Shown here: positions 37,700 through 51,318 of the stretch, one piece after another
Numbering within the stretch: the stretch's first letter is position 1
Layout: the number at the start of each line of letters is the position of its first letter
Assembly: GCA_043228905.1 (NCBI GenBank)
Contig: JBHGNT010000020.1
Span: forward strand, 7,502,001 to 7,566,000
DNA from: Azolla caroliniana
Lineage: Eukaryota > Plantae > Polypodiophyta
Direction of reading: 5' to 3'
DNA length: 64,000 nt
Program-made: the position numbers and the translations under genes
Notes under the pieces: model-generated
What the model was told of the DNA's origin: nothing
Database searches by the model: none
Seen by the model: the letters and a program-made list of their open reading frames with translations, nothing else

Positions 37700-39012
37700 T
37701 GTAACAAATGGTCTGGCATATCTAACACGTACAAAAACAATAGATGCTCCTAGCTTAGACTCATTGTATAAGGTTGGAAGAGACGCAAATGGGGACAAGG
37801 CTCGTCCATGTGTCGTGGCTGAGTATTGCCACCCCTCGCCAAGGTGGTATCGCAAAAATTGCTACATGGAAACACATTTACGCAGGGCACATGGAATTGA
37901 CATAGTTCTACCATGAGGGATGCGAATAGAGGAGGGTACTCTGGGGACATGCTTCAATAATTATGAGCATCAGAGATCACTCAAAAGATTCATGGACCCC
38001 GAACTCAAGTACCATAGAAATCGACAATCGTACATCTGGAAGTTGAAGGTTAGGGTTGTTTAGAGGTTCAACTCTATTCCAATTGAACTCCGACTTGACA
38101 CGGAGGTGGAGTTTGTGGTGTGATTTATCGACCACAGGATGGCGATCTACGGCTCCAAAAAGGATGAGTGGTTGGAGATGTTGAAGAAGAAGATTGCATC
38201 TGGTTTAGATTCTTGTGTAAGTATGTATGAGGGTTTCATTCTTGATATATATTGGAGGGTTTATTGGTAGAATTCAGATAATAACATGTGTCTTATTGTG
38301 GTGAAACAATGTAAAAAGATGGGGATATCCACCGAAGAGGGCGGTGTGTCCATTGATGTGTGTGAGGCTCTAAACCCATTTGATGTGTCCATGCCACCAA
38401 GACGGAGACCGCCGAAAATGCAAGTTAGACGGAAGGAGGTCGAGTCAAACATTGATGTTGTCCCCCTAACACCATATTCAGATGACACTACATCGGATGT
38501 GGCCACAATACAAATTGAGCACGCCAAGGCCGTTAGAATGTAGATCCAAACACCGGGCAAACACTTTTCTAGGTAGTTTTTTCGTGAAATATAATTTTGT
38601 ATCCTACTAACCAATATTGAGTGTGAGATTTCTATTCAATCTACATGTTTATATGCATATAGGTACCAATTGACCTGCCAACGACTCGATATGGCCATTG
38701 ACGTTATAGATCTTCAAACCATGTGCAAGGATGGAGAAATGGCATCAACATGGACGATGACATTATTCATGTTGTTTATGGAGTACTTGCTGCTAACCGA
38801 GGTGACAAAACGGTTCACCATCGTCCACCCACTATGGGTGCAACTACACAAGCAAACAGCGAAGGGGCAAGTCATCCTTGGGAAGGTGGCCGAACATGAT
38901 TTTATCTTCATTCCAATCATGGTTAGGGACATTGGGTGTTGTGGACAAAGACACGGCAAAAAGTTTCTAAGCTAACCAGCAAAGTAGTCTTCCACAATCC
39001 ACTAAGCAACGT
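37700..39012 (+). pseudogene. Ulp1-like pseudogene, copy 2 (truncated)
   Basis: DLQTMCKDGEMASTWTM matches DLQMMCKVGEMASTWTM of copy 1. Also HDFIFIPIMV..HWVLW and GT-AG introns (~38572-38662). Confidence 0.7.
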
Positions 39013-39265
39013 TGTTGTGCCTTTCGGCTCCAGATCGTTGCGTGAGTCGGGTGGGAACCATTGAGGTTTTGGACTAGGAGAAAGAAGAATATGAGATAAG
39101 GCTAGTAATGAATAGGCAGAAAGAGAGGTAAGTTATGAATCTCGTGAATCCCACGAGTTTAGTGTATTTAATCAATATTTAGATAGTAAAAGACAATTTA
39201 GATGACAATTCGTGAATCTCACGAATATATTATATTGGTCAATCCTTACAAAATAATCAACAACC

Positions 39266-40022
39266 TGTTGGGAGATAGGTCCCTCCGGATGGGAAGGGAG
39301 AAGAACAATGTTGATGAACAAACTCGGCCGAGGCCGAAACCGGATGAGGAGTAACCGGCTACGGAGAGCCGGATGGTGCAGACCCGGTGAGAACCGGATG
39401 AGGAGTACCCGGCTACGGAGAGCCGGATGTTGCAGACCCGGTGAGAACCGGATGAGGAGTACCCGGCTACGGAGAGTCAGATGGTGCAGACCCGGTGAGA
39501 ACCGGATGAGGAGTACCCGGCTACGGAGAGCCGGATGGTGCAGACCCGGTGAGGAGTGTTCACCGGATGAAGAGACATATTCGTAAATATGTTTCTGAGA
39601 GTCCATCATGGCTATATTTGTAAATAGCCGAAAAGTCATATTAGTATAAATATGACTTAGGGCAAACTTTTAGCTGTTGTTGTTGTTATTGTTGTCTGCG
39701 CGAGATCAGAGCGCGTAACTATGTATAGAGAGAGTGAGAGAGAGGAAGAGGTCATTGCCTCAGTTGTAACCGCCGCCTGTGGCGAAGATCGTGAGCACGA
39801 GGTCGTTGCCTCCGTGAACTCACTGTTTTACATTCTAACATAGTGATAGTTTGCAGCCTGTGGGCTGCCGTGGTTTTTCCCTTAGTTTGGGTTTTCCACG
39901 TAAACATCCTGTGTACTCTTCTCTTCTTCGTGTCGTGCATTCTTTATTTCCCGTTTTCTGTGTATGATTCTAAGCTCGGTTGTGGCCGAGCGTTGCGTAT
40001 AGGGAGCATGCAGTTTCCGTCA
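39266..40022 (+). mobile_element. Solo LTR of the B2 copia family nested in the C LTR
   Basis: TG...CA ends, TSD CAACC, homologous to 45826-46485 and 50574-51313. Confidence 0.93.
39337..39552. repeat. Four copies of a 54-bp CCGG-rich U3 tandem repeat
   Basis: GAACCGGATGAGGAGTACCCGGCT recurs at 54-bp intervals. Confidence 0.92.
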
Positions 40023-40544
40023 CAACCCTATACATCTTTCTCTCTCCTTATATAAGGATGGGAGAGACTAAGCATAGCTTCCTGCCTTTTCTCAAGTGTT
40101 CATGCACACTAAATGTGCATGAGTTGCCTTTTTCCACTATGCTTTTATTTCCTAAATATAGTGCTCATGCACGCTAGATGTGCACGAGTATTGGTTTATA
40201 TTTTTCTTATAAATAAAGTATTCACGCACTCTAAAAATGCATGATTTACATTTTAATAAAGGTAGGCATAAATAAAAGTCTTATAGCTATTAAATCTATA
40301 TTTATAACACTTATGATAAGTTAATACAATGGTAAAGTTCTGGTTTATTTACATGAAGGTATAGGATTTGAATCTTGCCCTAAGCATGTAATAAATATTT
40401 TAATATTTTCTTTTATTTATATATATGTACTTAAATCGGATATATTATTTTTACATTTTTCATGTAGTGTGCAAAATACACTACAACACTCGCCCCCTCT
40501 GAACCCGCACATCCTCCGGTATGTGCTGAAGTTCCTGATGCATG

Positions 40545-43500
40545 TTATTCGTCTTCATCCGTAGCACTCTCCAATTCTCCCCTTATGTCGACTACGATTT
40601 GTAGTGCACTTTCTTCGCTTTCCGTATCACCACGATCTTTGTCTAGTTGTTCCTCAATGTTGGTCTTGTCTAGGGTTACATAGGGTTCTTCGTCAGTCCG
40701 CTTCTTGAAAATCTTCACCCGTTTCCCCGCTATAGGCACCCGTAGAACTGGTCCATCCAACTCGCATAGTCGGTAAGTTCCGTTGTCGAAAACTTTCCGA
40801 ACCTCGTATGGCCCGAACCACCTTTTCGCGAACTTCCATATCGTTGTATGTTGATGATCCAGACTACTGTCATAGACAATCACCCAACCTCCTTCTTCAA
40901 TCTTCCGCGGTCGTAGTCGATGCTTTGTGTGGAATCGGCTTTTGTTCCGGAACCGCGCTTCCTATTGTCGGCATGTTGCTTCCGTTATGTCTTCCGGTCT
41001 CCCTCCAGTTGTCGTATCCGGACCGTTAGTAGTTCTTCCCGGCTCATCTCTTCCTTCCACGGCAGCACTGTTCATGTCTCAATTGCGGTTTCCGTCTGCA
41101 TTACCAGTGCTTGTCCGGTCATGAGTTCGGCCGGCATAAAACCAGTCACGGAACTATGCGTCGTACGATCCGCCCATAGTGCATAGGGGAGCATCTGCGG
41201 CCAATCCTTCACCCTTCTGTTGCATGCTTTTGCAAGTGCTTTGACGATTGGACTATGTCCTCGTTCGATCTTCCCTTTGGCTTCTGGATTGTATGTCGTT
41301 GTTAATGTTAACCGAATTCCATGTTTGGTGAAGAATTCCCTGGCTTTATCAGAGTCGAGTTCTCCCCGATCCGCAATCACTTGTCCTACGCACCCGTACC
41401 TACAAAACACTTCTTCCAAAAGAAATTGGCATACTGCAGAACACGTTTTCCTCCATAGCGCTCAACCTTCTGCTTGGTTTGTGAGATCTTCCCGAGCTAA
41501 CACCAAGTACTTCTTTTGTTTGATCCCGGTTGGCATGGCTACAATGTCGACCATCCATTTGAAGTTGATTGTCAGTGAGAATGTCGGATGTAACTCATCT
41601 CGGTGTGGAACCCCGGAGTAGACTTGGCATTTCTCACAGCTTTCCGTGAACTCCGCGACATCTTTGTACATATTCTTCCACCAATATCTTTGCTTGATCT
41701 TCACAAATGTTGCCCATGTTCCCCGATGTCCAACCCAATCGGATTCGTGAAATTCGGACATTATCTGGTTTCGTTGCTCTTTTGTCTCGACTACTCGAAG
41801 TGGTATGCCATCCGGTCTTTTCGGCTCCCTCCATATTTATCTATTTTTCAAGAAGAACTTTCGGCTGCTTCTAACTTCGGATCTTGGCTCTCTTCTCGTT
41901 ATTGTCCGATGATTCCTCAATTTCTTGTAACACTTTCCCAATCAGCAAGCTTTCTCCCTCGTATTCTTCTTCCCAGAATTCTCGGATTACGTTCACCCGA
42001 CATATGTGCTCCGAAGCAAAGTAGTCTTCCGAAACTTCTTCATTATCGGATTCGGTTATGTCGTCTCCGAACCGTGCCCTTGATAGCATATCTGCTACCG
42101 CATTGTCTTTTCCGGAGATGTGTCGTACCTCCGGATTAAGTGACTTAACATATGCAATCCACCTTAGCATAGCCACCTCCAGTATAGTGCAACACTGCAT
42201 CATCCCAAGTATCAAAAGACAATCTGTTTCGATCACTACTTCAGTTCCGATTAAATAATCTCGATCCAATTTGATTGCTGACACGACTCCCCATAATTCT
42301 CTTTTGACTTGTGCATACCTGCATTGCCTTTCGTTGAGAACCTTTGCTCCAAATCGGATCGGATATCACGAACCATCCGAGTCGGCTTGATTGATGACCC
42401 ATCCGATTCCGGTTAGACTTCTGTCAACCGTTACTATGATCAGTCGGTCATAGCTCGGCTTCTTAAGTGATTCCGCCCTCCGTAGTGTTTTCTTAAGCTT
42501 CTTCATGGCTTTGGTATGTTCCGGTCTCCCTTTGAACTTCTTACCCTTCTGCAACAAGTGATAGAGTGGGTCTGCAATATGTGCATAGTGCGGAATCCAT
42601 ATGTGATAGAATGCACATGCTCCAAGAAACCTTCAGACTTCGGATTGTGACTCTCATACTTCTTTCATAGCTTGAATCGCATCGATCTTGATTGGTGACG
42701 GTCTTTGGCCGTAGGGCCCACATAGATGTCCGACTACAAATATTTCTTCTTGTCTGAATGCCGATTTCTCTCCAGAAAGTGTTAGGTGCACATCTTCTAA
42801 CTTTCGTAGCACTTTCTCACAATCGCGAATATGGTCGACTACGAACTGTCGGCATCCCTGATCATCCATAGTCTCATCTTTTTCTTCCACCGCGCATCCT
42901 TTCATCGGAATGTCATCTAGGAACGGCATCATTATCTCCAGAATGCAGTCTCGAAGCACCTTGTTCATTGCATTCATCATATGTGCGACCGAGTTCGTTG
43001 CGCCTTGTGGTAGTGTGCACATACGGACTAATCCTATCGGTGTTCGCATGGTAGTGATGTCTCGACTCTCCACAGCTAGTTGGAATTGGTCATACCCGGT
43101 GTATAGGTCTCCGATGGAGTATATCGCGCGTCCGGAAAATGCTTCCACAAATTCGTCCACTATCGAACCAACTCCGGAGTTCCGGATCCTGACGTTGTTC
43201 ACCGGTTGCAAGTCTTGAATAAACCGGAGTGACCCATTCTTCTTCGGAACCGTAAACCATCGATTTGAGTATGGAGCGTTTGATGGCTCTAGAATCCCCA
43301 TTGCCACCTTCTCCTTGAGCAAGTCGATGACTTTCAGAATATGCGCCCATGGCACCGGAATCGGTTTCAGGTTCCACGGCACATGATCAATTGTGAAGAT
43401 CACCATCGGCTCCATTATCTTTGGATCAACGTACCCTATCTCCTTCGATGTGAATGCAAATGCTTTTCCATGTTGTTCCAACATCTCACGAAACCGTTCT

Positions 43501-43604
43501 TCTTCTTTTTGTAAGAGGAAACCACCTCCACCAATCCAAAGTTTTTCCCGGGTCTCATCCGTGAAGGCATGTCTGATATCCATGGACTTTCGAACTGTCG
43601 GATC
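40545..43604 (-). pseudogene. C pol pseudogene (RT, RNase H, integrase)
   Basis: FIQDLQPVN, LPQGATNS, FLDD, NAVADMLSR, HHCC zinc finger, ADRGE/YNPE integrase core and GPY motif. No chromodomain. Confidence 0.9.
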
Positions 43605-43786
43605 TGTCGAATACGAGTGTATAATGGCCGTATTCACATTGTCCCTTTGGGCTATTTCTGTAAATAGCATAAAAGACAGTTGCCCTAGGACAGTCACTAT
43701 ATAAAGTGACTTTGTAACCTTTAGTTGCTTGTTGTTGGTGATCGTTGTTGTAACTGTTGCTAAGAAATAAAACGTCTTCTATGTGC

Positions 43787-43838
<52 letters not shown>

Positions 43839-44534
43839 GTCTATCTTGCTCATGCGCATACACAAGACAGGTTCTTCTTCATCATGAATGTTGCTTGCAC
43901 TTCCGCATTGACGACCTTGTTTCCCAACATTTGGTATGAGAGCGTTGGAGGTTCTTCAACCCGCTACCGGCCGTCTCACTATGTTAAATCGCAAATTGGA
44001 GTAAGCTAGCCGGTTGTACTCTGTTCCTGTGATTGTAACCAGTTGAGGCAAGCTCCCTGTGCAACACCCGACCCAATCGTGCTTCATTCAGTTAAACGAC
44101 ATCCGAATAGGTCACTGGACGCTATTCACTCGCTTGTTGTAACCACCTGCTTCAGATTGGTCTCCTGGCAACAACCACTTCGTGCTTCACTCGGCTGATT
44201 GACATTCGAGAGGATCAGTTGGATCTATCCCTCTCATCGCTATAGTCATCCGAAGCAGAATCGGCCTAAACAATCGGTTTCTCGCAATCGGTATTCGACA
44301 TACAATCGGAAGCTAACCGAGCTCACTCCAACTCGACAACATTCGAGAAGACCAGCTGGTTCTGTCCCTCAAGTTACCGGAGTCACTCGGAGCAAGTTCA
44401 GCAACAAGTATCCGAAACCAAACTGACTCGGGTTCAAAACCGACTAGAACGAAATTGGGTGAGCCGATCGGCTGCACCCCACTAAGGTTCGTAGTCAACT
44501 CCGAACCGAGTCTTAACAACCGAAACCGAAGTAG

Positions 44535-45825
44535 ATGGCATCAACATCCGGCTCATCGAAGATGAGTCTAAGGAAGTTCGATGGTTCGAACTTCAACTTC
44601 TGGAAGGAACAAATGCAGGACTATCTCATAGTCAAGGGTCAAATAGACCCAATTGAGAATGAAAATTCACCAGAAGCATACAAGGCAAACGAATGGCTAA
44701 AGCTGGACAGAATCGTCCACACCACGATTCGAATGCACTTATCGGAGTCAGTGTACTTCACAGTGCAAACATGCACGACAGCTTTTGAACTTTGGAAAAC
44801 ACTATCGGAAACTTATGAAAAGAAGGTCACCGCAACGAAGATGTATCTAATCCAGCACCTCTACAACTTGCGGATGAAAAAATCCGATTCGGTTCAGGCA
44901 CACCTCAACGAGTACAAAAGCATAAGCTCCCAAATCTCGTCTTAGGGGACGGCAATCGAGGATGAACTCAGAGCAATGATACTCATGAGTAATCTCCCCT
45001 CTTCATGGGAAACTTTCGTTACAACCGTGTGCAATGCTTCAACAACTATCGTTAAGTACTCCGAAGTCACGAGCGTAATACTGACTGAAGCAACTCGGAG
45101 AAAGTCTTTCGCCAAAGACTCGGCAGATGAAGCTTACGTACTACAAGGTTTGCCCAACCGATCGAACAACCGGGGAAGAAGTTCTTCCCGACCGCCGAAC
45201 AATCAGCGAAGCCGGAGCAAGTCCCGGGACAACCGAATCTGCAACAACTGCAAGAAACCGGGACACATCAAAGTTGACTGTTGGGCACTCAAAGCAAAAA
45301 CCGACAAAGCTCAGAGAGAGGATCAGAAGTGTAGCCGGCATGAGGAGGTCAACTACGTCGGCTCTTCAGCCGAAATTTTGACGACCGACCCGAACATATT
45401 GTCCATAGAGAACCCAATCGAATCAGAAGTTCTACTTACGACTGAGGAATCGAGCACATGGCTCCTAGACTCGGGCGCGTTGTATCATGTGACACCTCAC
45501 CAATCTCAGTTTTGGCAATACTCGAACCGAGACTCCGACTCAGTTCGAGTCGGAAACTCGCAGCATTGTGCTATAATTGGAATCAACACTGTACAGCTCA
45601 ACTTTCCGGGGGGCTCTACACTCGTACTACACAACGTCTGACATGTTCCTGAGCTTTCAAGACCCTTGATCTCAATCGGACAACTTGACGAAGCCAACAT
45701 CCATGTCGGGTTCTCATCAGGAGGGTGGACACTCCACAAAGGGAACCTCCTACTTGCTCGAGGACCAAAGGTACACTCTTTGTACCCTTTATATGTCACG
45801 CTCAAAGAGGGTGACTTATTTCTAG
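44535..45825 (+). pseudogene. D gag-protease segment
   Basis: KFDGSNFNFWK, CNNCKKPGH and LLDSGA motifs. Confidence 0.88.
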
Positions 45826-46171
45826 TGTTAGGAAACAGGTCCCTCCGGATGGGAAGTGAGAAGAACAGTACTTATGAGCAAACTCGGCCGAGGCCGATAG
45901 GCGGAGGCCAAAACCGGATGTGGAGTACGTGGCAACAGAAGACCCAGTGAGAACCGGATGACAAGTGCCCGGCAAGAGCCGGATGATGCAAGCCCGGTGA
46001 GGAGTGATCGCCGGATGAAGGGACATATTCATAAATATGTTTCTGAGAGTCCATCGGGGCTATATTTGTAAATAGCCGAAAAGTCATATTACTATAAATA
46101 TGACTTAGGGCAAACTTAGTGAGGGTTGTTGTCATTCTTGTTGGTGCAAGACTAGAGAGTGCGCAACCGTG

Positions 46172-46211
<40 letters not shown>

Positions 46212-49200
46212 GAGGCCGTTGCCTCTGTTGTAACCGCCGCCTGTGGCGAAGATCGTGAGCACGAGGTCGTTGCCTCTATGAGCTCACTGTTGTAATCATT
46301 GTGATATAGTGATAGTTTGGAGTCTGTGGACTCCCGTGGTTTTCCCCTCTCAGGGTTTTCCATGTTAAACATCCTGTGTACTCTTCTCTCCTTTGTGTCG
46401 TGTGTTTCATTACCCATTTTCTGTGTTTGATTTTGGACTCGGTTGTGGCCGAGCGTTGTTCATCGGGAGCGTGTAGTTCCTGACAAAGTGGTATCAGAGC
46501 GAGGCAACACAGAAAAATGGATGATTCATTAGGAGGCATGTTCAAGCTCACCGGCTCCAACTATTCGGTGTGGAAGTCAAAGAGGAGGGACATGCTCGTG
46601 GTTAAAGACCTTTGGCGGCCGGTTCAGTTCGGGGACAAGAGACCGGACAAAATAGACACCGCAATGTGGGAGGTGATGCACATGAAGACAACAACGTACA
46701 TACGGTGCTTCATCAACATGAGCCTATACAACAACTTTAATGAAGAGAGCAAGGCTCATGAGCTCTGGGAGAAGATTGGCATTATGTTTCAAAACAAAAA
46801 TGCTCTTAATCAGGTTTCGGTATTCCGGAAGCTAGTAAGACTACGGTAACAAGATGGCTCCAGCATGGCGGAGCACATGAATGCCTTCCTGGGGCTGATC
46901 CACCAGGCAACATCATTGGAAGTGCCTCTCGCCGATGAGGTACTAGCACTACTCCTACTCGGTTCCCTCCCAGATAGCTAGAAGACGTTGGTTGTCACTT
47001 TGGGAAACATCGGGCCGGAAGGGAAACGGTTATCCCTAGCAAGAGTGAAGTCGAGCTTGCTAGATGAGGAGGCGCGTCGGAAAGACAAGGATACGAGCTC
47101 CGACTCCAAAGCGCTCCTTACCGAATTGGAACGCGGAAGACAAAGGAACCATAGTCCCCAGAACCGGGAAAAGTCGGGGACACGGTCAAAGTCAAGGGGG
47201 AGGCCTACTTGCTTCTATTGCGGCAAGCCGGGACACTTCCAAAAGAACTATCGGCATTTCCGAAAAGACAAGGAAACCAACGGTACTGATTTGAAGTGGA
47301 CACCGGACCGGAACGGTAAAGACCGGAGGGGAACGGACCGGAAGGGAACGACGGCAATCGCGGCAAGTGAAGAAGAGTTGATGCTCATCACCGAGGAGAG
47401 TGAGCTAAACCTTGCCGGCGACGAGATGACCTGGGCGATCGACTCCGGAGCGTCGGTCCACCTTACCCCGGACCGGAAATGCTTCTCATCCTACTCAGTC
47501 GGTGATCACGGCTGTGTCTGGATGGGGAATGAAGGTACATGCCGAATTGTCGGCATAAGAGACGTGTGGCTGGAAACACCAACCGGATGCAAGTTGTTGC
47601 TGAAGGATGTCTGACACGTTCCAGAGGTTCGTCTGAACCTGATATCAGTCGGTCGGCTAGATAATGAAGGCTACACGGGTAGCATCCGGAATGGCGTTAT
47701 GAAGTTCAGCAAAGGGAGCCTGATTATGGCTCGGGCCCGGAAGGTAAACACGTTGTACCTGATGAATGCCCGGTTATGTCCGTAGGAAGTGAACATGGCA
47801 TCCGACATTGCCGGTGAGCTGTGCCACAAAAGACTGTGTCACATGAGCGAGAAGGGGATGAAGAGGCTTGCAGATGACAACCTCATTCCAGTGAAGAACG
47901 TGCACTAGGAGAAGTGCACTGATTGTCTGGCCGGTAAGCAAAACCGGACCTCCTTCCGACCAAGGCCACCGATGAGACGTAATGCACCACTGGAGTTGGT
48001 GCATACTGATGTGTGTCAAGTGAACATGAAGTCACATGCAGGATCGCAATACTTCGTGACGTTCATAGATGACCACAGCCGGAAGCTGTGGGCCACACCA
48101 TTGAAGACGAAGGATCAGGTGCTATCCGTCTTCAAAGAGCTCCATGCGAGACTGGAAAGAGAAACCGATTGGAAGCTGAAGGCGGTTCGAGCAGATAACG
48201 GAGGTGAATACCGGGGGCAGTTCGAGGAGTACTGTCACTCGAAGGGAATCCGGCTCAAATTTACCGTGCCGAAGACGCCGGAACTAAACGGGCTGGCCGA
48301 GAGGATGAACCTGACCATAATGAAGAGGGTCCGGAGTATGTTGGCGCATGCAAATCTACCCAAGAAGTTTTGGGTTGAGGCACTGTTGACGGCGATATAT
48401 GTGATAAAAAGATCACCCTCGGTACCCTTGGACGGAGACACGCCACAGAGAGTATGGACCGGTAAGGAAGTATCCTACCGGCATCTGAAGGTATTCGGGT
48501 GTCTTGCGTATGTGCATGTAGCTAAGGACCGGAGAGGAAAACTAGATCCGAAGACCCGACCATGCATATTCCTCGGTTACAGCGACAATGAGTTCGGCTA
48601 CCAAGTGTGGGACCTGGTCGAAAAGAAGGTATTCCGGAGTCGAGATATTATCTTCATGGAGGACAAGACACTCGCCGACTGGGAGTCGGAGAAGAAGATA
48701 ATGAACTCCGAGTCGACCGGTAAGGATCGATTCTACGATGAGCAGACCCAACCGACAAGAGACCGGTTAACACTCGAGGAAACAGCCGGTTACGGTGAGG
48801 ATACCGAACCGACAAAAGAAGAAGTAGAGGAAGCTGAAACCGGAACCGGCCAAGACCCCGAATCGGATTCGGATGAAGAGCAAATGGAGGAGCCGGTTAC
48901 CGAAACCCAAAGACGGAGATATCCTTTCAGAGAGAGAAGGGCCCCCCAGAGATTTCCGGATGCAGAGCATGTACTGTTGACCGATGAGGGGGAACCAAAA
49001 AGCTTCGAGGAAGCTAAAAGTGACGCCCATAGCCGCAAATGGTTAAGTGCCATGCAAGATGAGATGGATTCCCTACATGATAACCATACGTACGAATTGG
49101 TGGAGTTGCCAAAAGGAAAGCGGGCACTCCGAAACAAGTGGGTGTACAAGTTGAAACCGGGAGATGCCGGCAACCCCCCGAGATACAAAGCCAGGATCGT

Positions 49201-51005
49201 GGTGAAGGGGTTCCAATAGAAGAAGGGCGTGGACTTCGACGAGATATTTTCCCCGGTAGTAAAGATGACCTCCATCTGGACGGTGCTAAGTATAGCGGCA
49301 AGCATGGACCTCGAGGTAGAGCAGTTGGACGTGAAGACGACATTCCTTCACGGCGACCTCGAAGAGGAGATCTACATGCAGCAACCGGAAGGATTCGTGG
49401 AGAAAGGGAAGGAGCACCTGGTATGCCGGTTGAAGAAGAGCTTGTACGGACTGAAGCAGGCTCCCCGACAATGGTACCGGAAGTTCGACTCCTTCATGAC
49501 CGATCAAGGGTACCACAAGACGCAGGCCGATCATTGCGTGTTTGTGAAGAAGTTTGAAGGAGGCGACTTCCTGATACTCCTTCTGTACGTGGATGACATG
49601 TTGATCGTCGGACGGGACCAAGCCAAAATACAGATGCTGAAGAAGGCTCTCAACCGAACCTTCTCAATGAAAGATTTGGGTCTGGCAAGACAGATGTTGG
49701 GGATGCATATTATCCGGAACCGGTCAATGAAGCAATTGTGGCTGTCACAAGAGAAGTACATGACAAAGGTGCTTCAGCGGTTCAACATGTCAGATGCGAA
49801 ACCGGTCGGATCGACACTTCCGGCAAACTGCAGGTGATCCGGTAAGCAAATCCCGAATACGAAAGCAGAGAAGGCTGATATGATGAAGGTTCCATATGCC
49901 TCTGCCGTCGGGAGCTTGATGTACGCAATGGTGTGTACCCGACCGGATATAGGACACGCAGTCGGAGTGGTGAGCCAGTTTATGAGCAATCCCGGCAAGG
50001 AGCACTGGAACGCGGTCAAATGGATACTTCGGTACATGAAGGGCACTTCAAATATGTGTCTCCAATTCGGCTCTGGTAAACCTCAACTTGACGGTTTTAC
50101 CAATTCGGACATGTCAGCTGATGTGGATACCAGCCGGTCTACATCCGGGTATGTAATGACATATGCAGGGGGAGCTGTTTCGTGGCAGTCGAGGCTGCAA
50201 AAGACGGTTGCGTTATCAACCACGGAGGCAGAGTACATTGCGGCTGTGGAAGTCGGCAAGGAAATATTATGGATGAAGGACTTCATCGGAGAGCTCGGTA
50301 TCTGGCAAGATGAATACCAGCTCTATTGCGATAGTCAAAGTGCCATCCACCTTGCTAAGAATGCAGCCTACCATTCCCAGACGAAGCATATCCAGCGAAG
50401 GTATCACTGGATCCGGGAAAGAGTAGATGACCAGGAGTTCGCGTTGACGAAGATCCACACGGCCGAGAACGGGTTAGATATGCTGACCAAAGTACTGATA
50501 CCCGACAAGCTGGATGCATGCCGAAAGCGGATCGAACTAGTAAGACATCCCATGCCAGAGTGAAGGGGGAGTTTGTTAGGAAACAGGTCCCTCCGGATGG
50601 GAAGTGAGAAGAACAGTACTGATGAGCAAACTCGGCTGAGGCCGAAACCGGATGTGGAGTACCCGGCAACGGAAGACCCGGTGAGAACCATATGACGAGT
50701 ACCCGGCAAGAGCCGGATGGTGAAGACCCGGTGAGAACCGGATGAGAAGTACCCAGCAAGAGCCGGATGGTGAAGACCCGGTGAGAACCGGATGACAAGT
50801 GCCCGGCAAGAGCCGGATGATGCAAGCCTGGTGAGGAGTGCTCGCCGGATGAAGGGACATATTCGTAAATATGTTTCTGAGAGTCCATCGGGGCTATATT
50901 TGTAAATAGCTGAAAAGTCATATTACTATAAATATGACTTAGGGCAAACTTAGTGAGGGTTGTTGTCATTCTTGTTGGTGCAAGACTAGAGAGCGCGCAA
51001 CAGTG

Positions 51006-51039
<34 letters not shown>

Positions 51040-51313
51040 GAGGTTGTTGCCTCTGTTGTAACCGCCGCCTGTGGCGAAGATCATGAGCACGAGGTCGTTG
51101 CCTCCGTGAGCTCACTGTTGTAATCATTGTGATATAGTGATAGTTTGGAGTTTGTGGACTCATGTGATTTTTCCCTCTCAGGGTTTTCCACGTTAAATAT
51201 CCTGTGTACTCTTCTCTCCTTTGTGTCGTGCATTTCATTACCCGTTTTCTGTGTTTGATTTTGGACTCGGTTGTGGCCGAGCGTTGTTCATCAGGAGCGT
51301 GTAGTTCCTGACA
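45826..51313 (+). mobile_element. Ty1/copia (Tnt1/Tork-like) element B2, full length, degenerate
   Basis: LTRs 45826-46485 and 50574-51313, TSD TCTAG, PBS at 46489-46500, PPT at 50562-50571. Confidence 0.95.
46517..50563 (+). pseudogene. B2 gag-pol pseudogene
   Basis: All copia domains are present in order with several in-frame stops. Homologous to B1. Confidence 0.92.
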
Positions 51314-51318
51314 TCTAG

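Larger units (their letters stand above)
36622..39012 (+). mobile_element. Second, diverged copy of the TIR element, head-to-head with the first and cut by gypsy C
   Basis: Starts GTCTATTATGC 2 bp after the first element. 36939-36998 is an inverted copy of 36275-36333. Confidence 0.6.
39013..43604 (-). mobile_element. Ty3/gypsy element C (LPQG-type RT), 3' part
   Basis: 3' LTR 39013-40488, PPT AGAGGGGGCGAG at 40489-40500, RT-RH-INT fragments. Interrupted at 43604 by copia D. Confidence 0.9.

Noticed and set aside
39172-39639. Repeat-peptide ORFs in the solo LTR (also 8022-8558 and 50355-50969)
   Set aside because: They are open frames produced by tandem repeats inside LTR or LTR-like sequence.
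43790-43835. (CT)n and (GA)n microsatellites
   Set aside because: Ordinary components of plant LTRs, also seen near 22350, 46175 and 51010.
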